Of a stretch of DNA of 22,720 bases, positions 19,479 to 22,720 are shown one piece after another. The translations under genes and the position numbers were made by a program. Position 1 is the first letter of the stretch, and the number at the start of each line of letters is the position of its first letter. The DNA comes from Armatimonadota bacterium. Lineage in GTDB: Bacteria; Armatimonadota; Armatimonadia; Armatimonadales; Armatimonadaceae. The stretch is taken from the NCBI GenBank assembly GCA_043754515.1, contig JAYUUO010000286.1, positions 1 through 22,720 on the forward strand. The letters are read 5' to 3'. The notes below the pieces were generated by a model. That model had not been told where the DNA came from. It did no database searches and worked only from the letters and a program-made list of their open reading frames with translations.

Positions 19479-22319
19479 GTGACCACACTATCCGAGCCCC
19501 CCCCCATACCGACGAGTGAAGCCGACGCAACCGTTCGCGCCTTCACCACCCCGGACGCCGAAGCCGCCCGAGTCGCCGCCGCCGGAGGAGCCGAAGCCGC
19601 GCGCGTCGCCGCCTCCGCGAATGACCCGAACGGCTGGCGCCTGTGGGGTCCCTACCTTTCCGAGCGCGCCTGGGGAACCGTGCGCGAGGACTACAGTAAG
19701 GATGGATCGGCGTGGGATTACTTCCCCCACGACCACGCCCGGAGCCGCGCCTACCGCTGGAACGAGGACGGTTTGGGCGGGATCTGCGACATCCGGCAAG
19801 ATCTATGCTTCGCGCTCGCGCTATGGAACGGAGTAGACCCCATTCTGAAGGAGCGCCCCTTCGGGTTGACGGGGCCTCAAGGCAACCACGGCGAGGACGT
19901 CAAAGAGTATTACTTCTATCTGGACGGCACCCCCACCGCTTCCTACCTCAAGTTCCTGTATAAGTACCCGCAGAAGCCGTTCCCGTACGAGGATCTAGTG
20001 AAGACCAACGCGGCCAGGACCCGTCACGAGTGGGAGTACGAACTGCTGGACACCGGGATATTCGAGGAGGGGCGTTATTTCGACGTCTTCGTCGAGTACG
20101 CCAAAGCGGATACGGACGACATTTGTATCAAAATCACGGCGCATAACCGTGGCCCCGAACCCACGACGCTGGACCTACTGCCGACCCTGTGGTTCCGCAA
20201 CTGCTGGTCGTGGGACCAGAGTCACGCGAAGCCGAACCTGCGCCGGACCACCTACTCGCCCGACGGTGCCGTCCGGATCGTCGCCGAGCACGCCCGGCTT
20301 GGTGCCTACGAACTGTACGCCGAGGCGGACGGCGAGGCGGGTCCCCCCCGTTTCTTGTTCACCGAGAATGAGACGAACAACGAGCGTCTTTTCGGCTCCT
20401 CCAACGCATCGCCGTACGCGAAAGACGGGATCAACGACGCGATCATACACGGCAAGGTGGACGCGGTGAACGGGTTCGAGCAGGGAACCAAAGTCGCGGC
20501 GGTCTACCATGTCGCGATCGCGGCGGGCGGTTCGACCACGATTCGACTCAGGCTTAAAAGCGGCGCGCCGGACGCGTCTGTTCCCGCTCCGATCAGCGGG
20601 GCGATGTTCGGGGAGTCGTTCGAGCGCGTGTTCGCGGACAGGATCGCGGAGGCCGACACTTTCTACGAGCCGTTCACGCACACCTCGGAGGGGGGGCTAC
20701 TTTCCGATGACGCGCGGAATGTACAGCGGCAGGCGTACGCCGGGCTGGTCTGGTCGAAGCAGTATTACCACCTAGACGTGGCACGGTGGCTTCGTGGCGA
20801 CCCGCGCTGTTCGCCCCCGCCTCCCGAGCGCAAGGGAGGCCGTAACCACGACTGGACTGCCCTCTCTATCTCCGACGTGCTTTCCATGCCGGATAACTGG
20901 GAGTATCCCTGGTTTGCCGCGTGGGACTTGGCGTTCCACATGATACCGTTCGCGCAGATTGACGCCGACTTCGCGAAGCATCAGCTGCTCACGCTCTGCC
21001 GCGAGTGGTACATGCACCCGTCCGGGCAACTCCCCGCGTACGAATGGGCATTCGGCGACGTCAACCCGCCGGTTCACGCGTGGGCGGCGTTACGCGTTTA
21101 CAAGATCGAACGTAAGAACCAGGGCAAGACGCGCGGCGAGCCGGGCGACGTCAACTTCCTGAAGCGCGTCTTCCATAAACTGCTGATTAACTTCACCTGG
21201 TGGGTCAACCGCAAGGACGCCCTCGGCAACAACGTCTTCGAGGGCGGGTTCCTCGGCCTCGACAACATCGGCGTCTTCGACCGCTCCGCTCCGCTCCCCC
21301 TCGGTGGCACGCTGGAACAGGCGGATGGCACGGCGTGGATGGCGATGTACTGCCTGAATATGCTGGCGATCGCGCTCGAGCTCGCCCGCGTTGACGGCGA
21401 CTATGAGGATGTTGCGACCAAGTTCGCCGAGCATTATGTCTATATCGCGTACGCGATGAACACGATCAGCGACAGCAACCTGCCGCTCTGGGACGATACG
21501 GACGGGTTCTACTACGACCTGCTCCATTTGCCACCCGTGAACGCAGGCGAAGGCTCCGATTACATCCCGCTCAAGGTGCGCTCGTGGGTCGGCATTATCC
21601 CCCTTTTCGCCGTGGAATCGTTCGATGCGGACACGCTCGCCGCTGTCCCGGACTTCCGCCGACGCTTCGAGTGGTTCCTGAAGCACCGCCCCGAACTCGC
21701 GAAAGGTGTCGCCCATATCGGGCGGCTCGGCACGGACGAACGTGCCCTGTTCTCGCTCGTGGCACCAGAACGGCTGAAGCGCGTACTGCAACGCACGCTG
21801 GATGAGGCGGAGTTCTTGTCCCCGCACGGCATACGCAGTATCTCCAAATACCACGCTCAGCACCCGTACCGACTGCAACTGGATGGGACCAAGTACGAAG
21901 TCGCCTACGCTCCCGCCGAGAGCACGACGGACTTGTTCGGCGGCAACAGCAACTGGCGCGGGCCGGTCTGGTTCCCGCTCAACTACCTGCTGATCGAGGC
22001 ACTGCAAAAGTTCGACTACGTGTACGGCAACGATTTAACGGTTGAGATGCCGACCGGCTCGGGAAAGCAGGCCACCCTCTGGGAAGTGTCGGTCGAACTG
22101 TCGCGCCGCCTGAACCGCATCTTCCTGCGCGACGAGAACACGGGGCGTCGCCCGGTCTACGGCCCCGGCGATAACCTGTTCCAGAGCAACCCACACTTCC
22201 GCGACTACCTACAGTTCCACGAGTATTTCCACGGCGACAACGGCGCGGGACTCGGCGCGAGCCACCAGACGGGATGGACGGCACTGGTCGCGAAAACGCT
22301 GTCGCAGAGCGGCGAGTGA
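19479..22319 (+). CDS. GH63-like (MGH1/YMR196W-like) glucosidase
   Basis: [87 protein letters not shown]. Likely GTG start 6 nt after TACAAT. Confidence 0.9.
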   Translation: MTTLSEPPPIPTSEADATVRAFTTPDAEAARVAAAGGAEAARVAASANDPNGWRLWGPYLSERAWGTVREDYSKDGSAWDYFPHDHARSRAYRWNEDGLGGICDIRQDLCFALALWNGVDPILKERPFGLTGPQGNHGEDVKEYYFYLDGTPTASYLKFLYKYPQKPFPYEDLVKTNAARTRHEWEYELLDTGIFEEGRYFDVFVEYAKADTDDICIKITAHNRGPEPTTLDLLPTLWFRNCWSWDQSHAKPNLRRTTYSPDGAVRIVAEHARLGAYELYAEADGEAGPPRFLFTENETNNERLFGSSNASPYAKDGINDAIIHGKVDAVNGFEQGTKVAAVYHVAIAAGGSTTIRLRLKSGAPDASVPAPISGAMFGESFERVFADRIAEADTFYEPFTHTSEGGLLSDDARNVQRQAYAGLVWSKQYYHLDVARWLRGDPRCSPPPPERKGGRNHDWTALSISDVLSMPDNWEYPWFAAWDLAFHMIPFAQIDADFAKHQLLTLCREWYMHPSGQLPAYEWAFGDVNPPVHAWAALRVYKIERKNQGKTRGEPGDVNFLKRVFHKLLINFTWWVNRKDALGNNVFEGGFLGLDNIGVFDRSAPLPLGGTLEQADGTAWMAMYCLNMLAIALELARVDGDYEDVATKFAEHYVYIAYAMNTISDSNLPLWDDTDGFYYDLLHLPPVNAGEGSDYIPLKVRSWVGIIPLFAVESFDADTLAAVPDFRRRFEWFLKHRPELAKGVAHIGRLGTDERALFSLVAPERLKRVLQRTLDEAEFLSPHGIRSISKYHAQHPYRLQLDGTKYEVAYAPAESTTDLFGGNSNWRGPVWFPLNYLLIEALQKFDYVYGNDLTVEMPTGSGKQATLWEVSVELSRRLNRIFLRDENTGRRPVYGPGDNLFQSNPHFRDYLQFHEYFHGDNGAGLGASHQTGWTALVAKTLSQSGE

Positions 22320-22333
22320 CCTGGCCCACTCTC

Positions 22334-22400
22334 CCCCCTCGTCGTCCTCTCTCATCGGAATGAAAGAGGGGGGCAGGGGGGTGAGAGGGCGACGAGGGGG
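22334..22400. repeat. REP-like GC-rich inverted repeat
   Basis: CCCCCTCGTCGTCCTCTC (22334-22351) pairs with GAGAGGGCGACGAGGGGG (22383-22400), 17/18, with nested smaller repeats. Confidence 0.7.
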
Positions 22401-22405
22401 CTAAA

Positions 22406-22511
22406 CAGGGCGATTGCATCATAGACCGGTTGCCTTCTCGATTATCACCCCACAGGATCGGGGCGCGAGCATACACCCGACTAGCAACGTATCTATAATG
22501 CAATCGCCCTG
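22406..22511. mobile_element. 106-bp MITE with ISAs1-like ends
   Basis: 28-bp TIRs (24/28): CAGGGCGATTGCATCATAGACCGGTTGC and GCAACGTATCTATAATGCAATCGCCCTG. Flanked by GGGGGCTAAA and GGGGGCTAAG (9/10 direct repeat). Confidence 0.8.
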
Positions 22512-22554
22512 GGGGGCTAAGGGAACACCCCCGTAAACACGATATACTGCCCCC

Positions 22555-22720
22555 ATGCCGAGCCTCGATTGGAAGGGACGCAACGCGGTTCTGACCCACG
22601 CCGAAACCGTCCCCTGTCGCCTCCTTCACGCGGTGCCCGAACTCAGCGTCGGCGACGATACCGGAAACCTGCTAGTGCAGGGGGACAACCTCCACGCCCT
22701 GAAGTCGCTCCTGCCGCGCT
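22555..22720 (+). CDS. Site-specific DNA methyltransferase, Type III R-M Mod-like, N-terminus only (3'-truncated by window)
   Basis: Manual translation MPSLDWKGRNAVLTHAETVPCRLLHAVPELSVGDDTGNLLVQGDNLHALKSLLPR; NL-x-x-GDNL-x-ALK-x-L is typical of Mod N-termini. Absent from the ORF track. Confidence 0.85.
   Translation, partial: MPSLDWKGRNAVLTHAETVPCRLLHAVPELSVGDDTGNLLVQGDNLHALKSLLPR

Overview
GC-rich bacterial chromosomal window; gene content and style suggest Armatimonadota, but this is an unverified inference. Left to right: a decayed pair of ABC exporter half-transporters (frameshift, apparent internal deletion, in-frame TAG); tRNA-Phe(GAA) with promoter and terminator; a GT1 glycosyltransferase; a metallophosphoesterase; an orphan MalK/MsmX ATPase; a DUF1854-like gene with a zinc-ribbon ABC transporter; an AT-hook-like protein; an apparent operon of ECF sigma, small soluble zinc anti-sigma and dnaN; a transglutaminase-like gene; a wzm-gmd-rmd-GT4-GT2 polysaccharide cluster; a WGR-PARP; a GH63-like glucosidase; a GC hairpin; a 106-bp ISAs1-like MITE; and the start of a Type III Mod methyltransferase. 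The most striking observation is that the anti-sigma gene directly upstream of dnaN ends in QYSLPI, which resembles the Hda-type beta-clamp-binding motif QLSLPL. This suggests, as a hypothesis only, an ECF sigma circuit that senses the sliding clamp. The intact-looking bacterial PARP with the H-Y-E triad is the second highlight.
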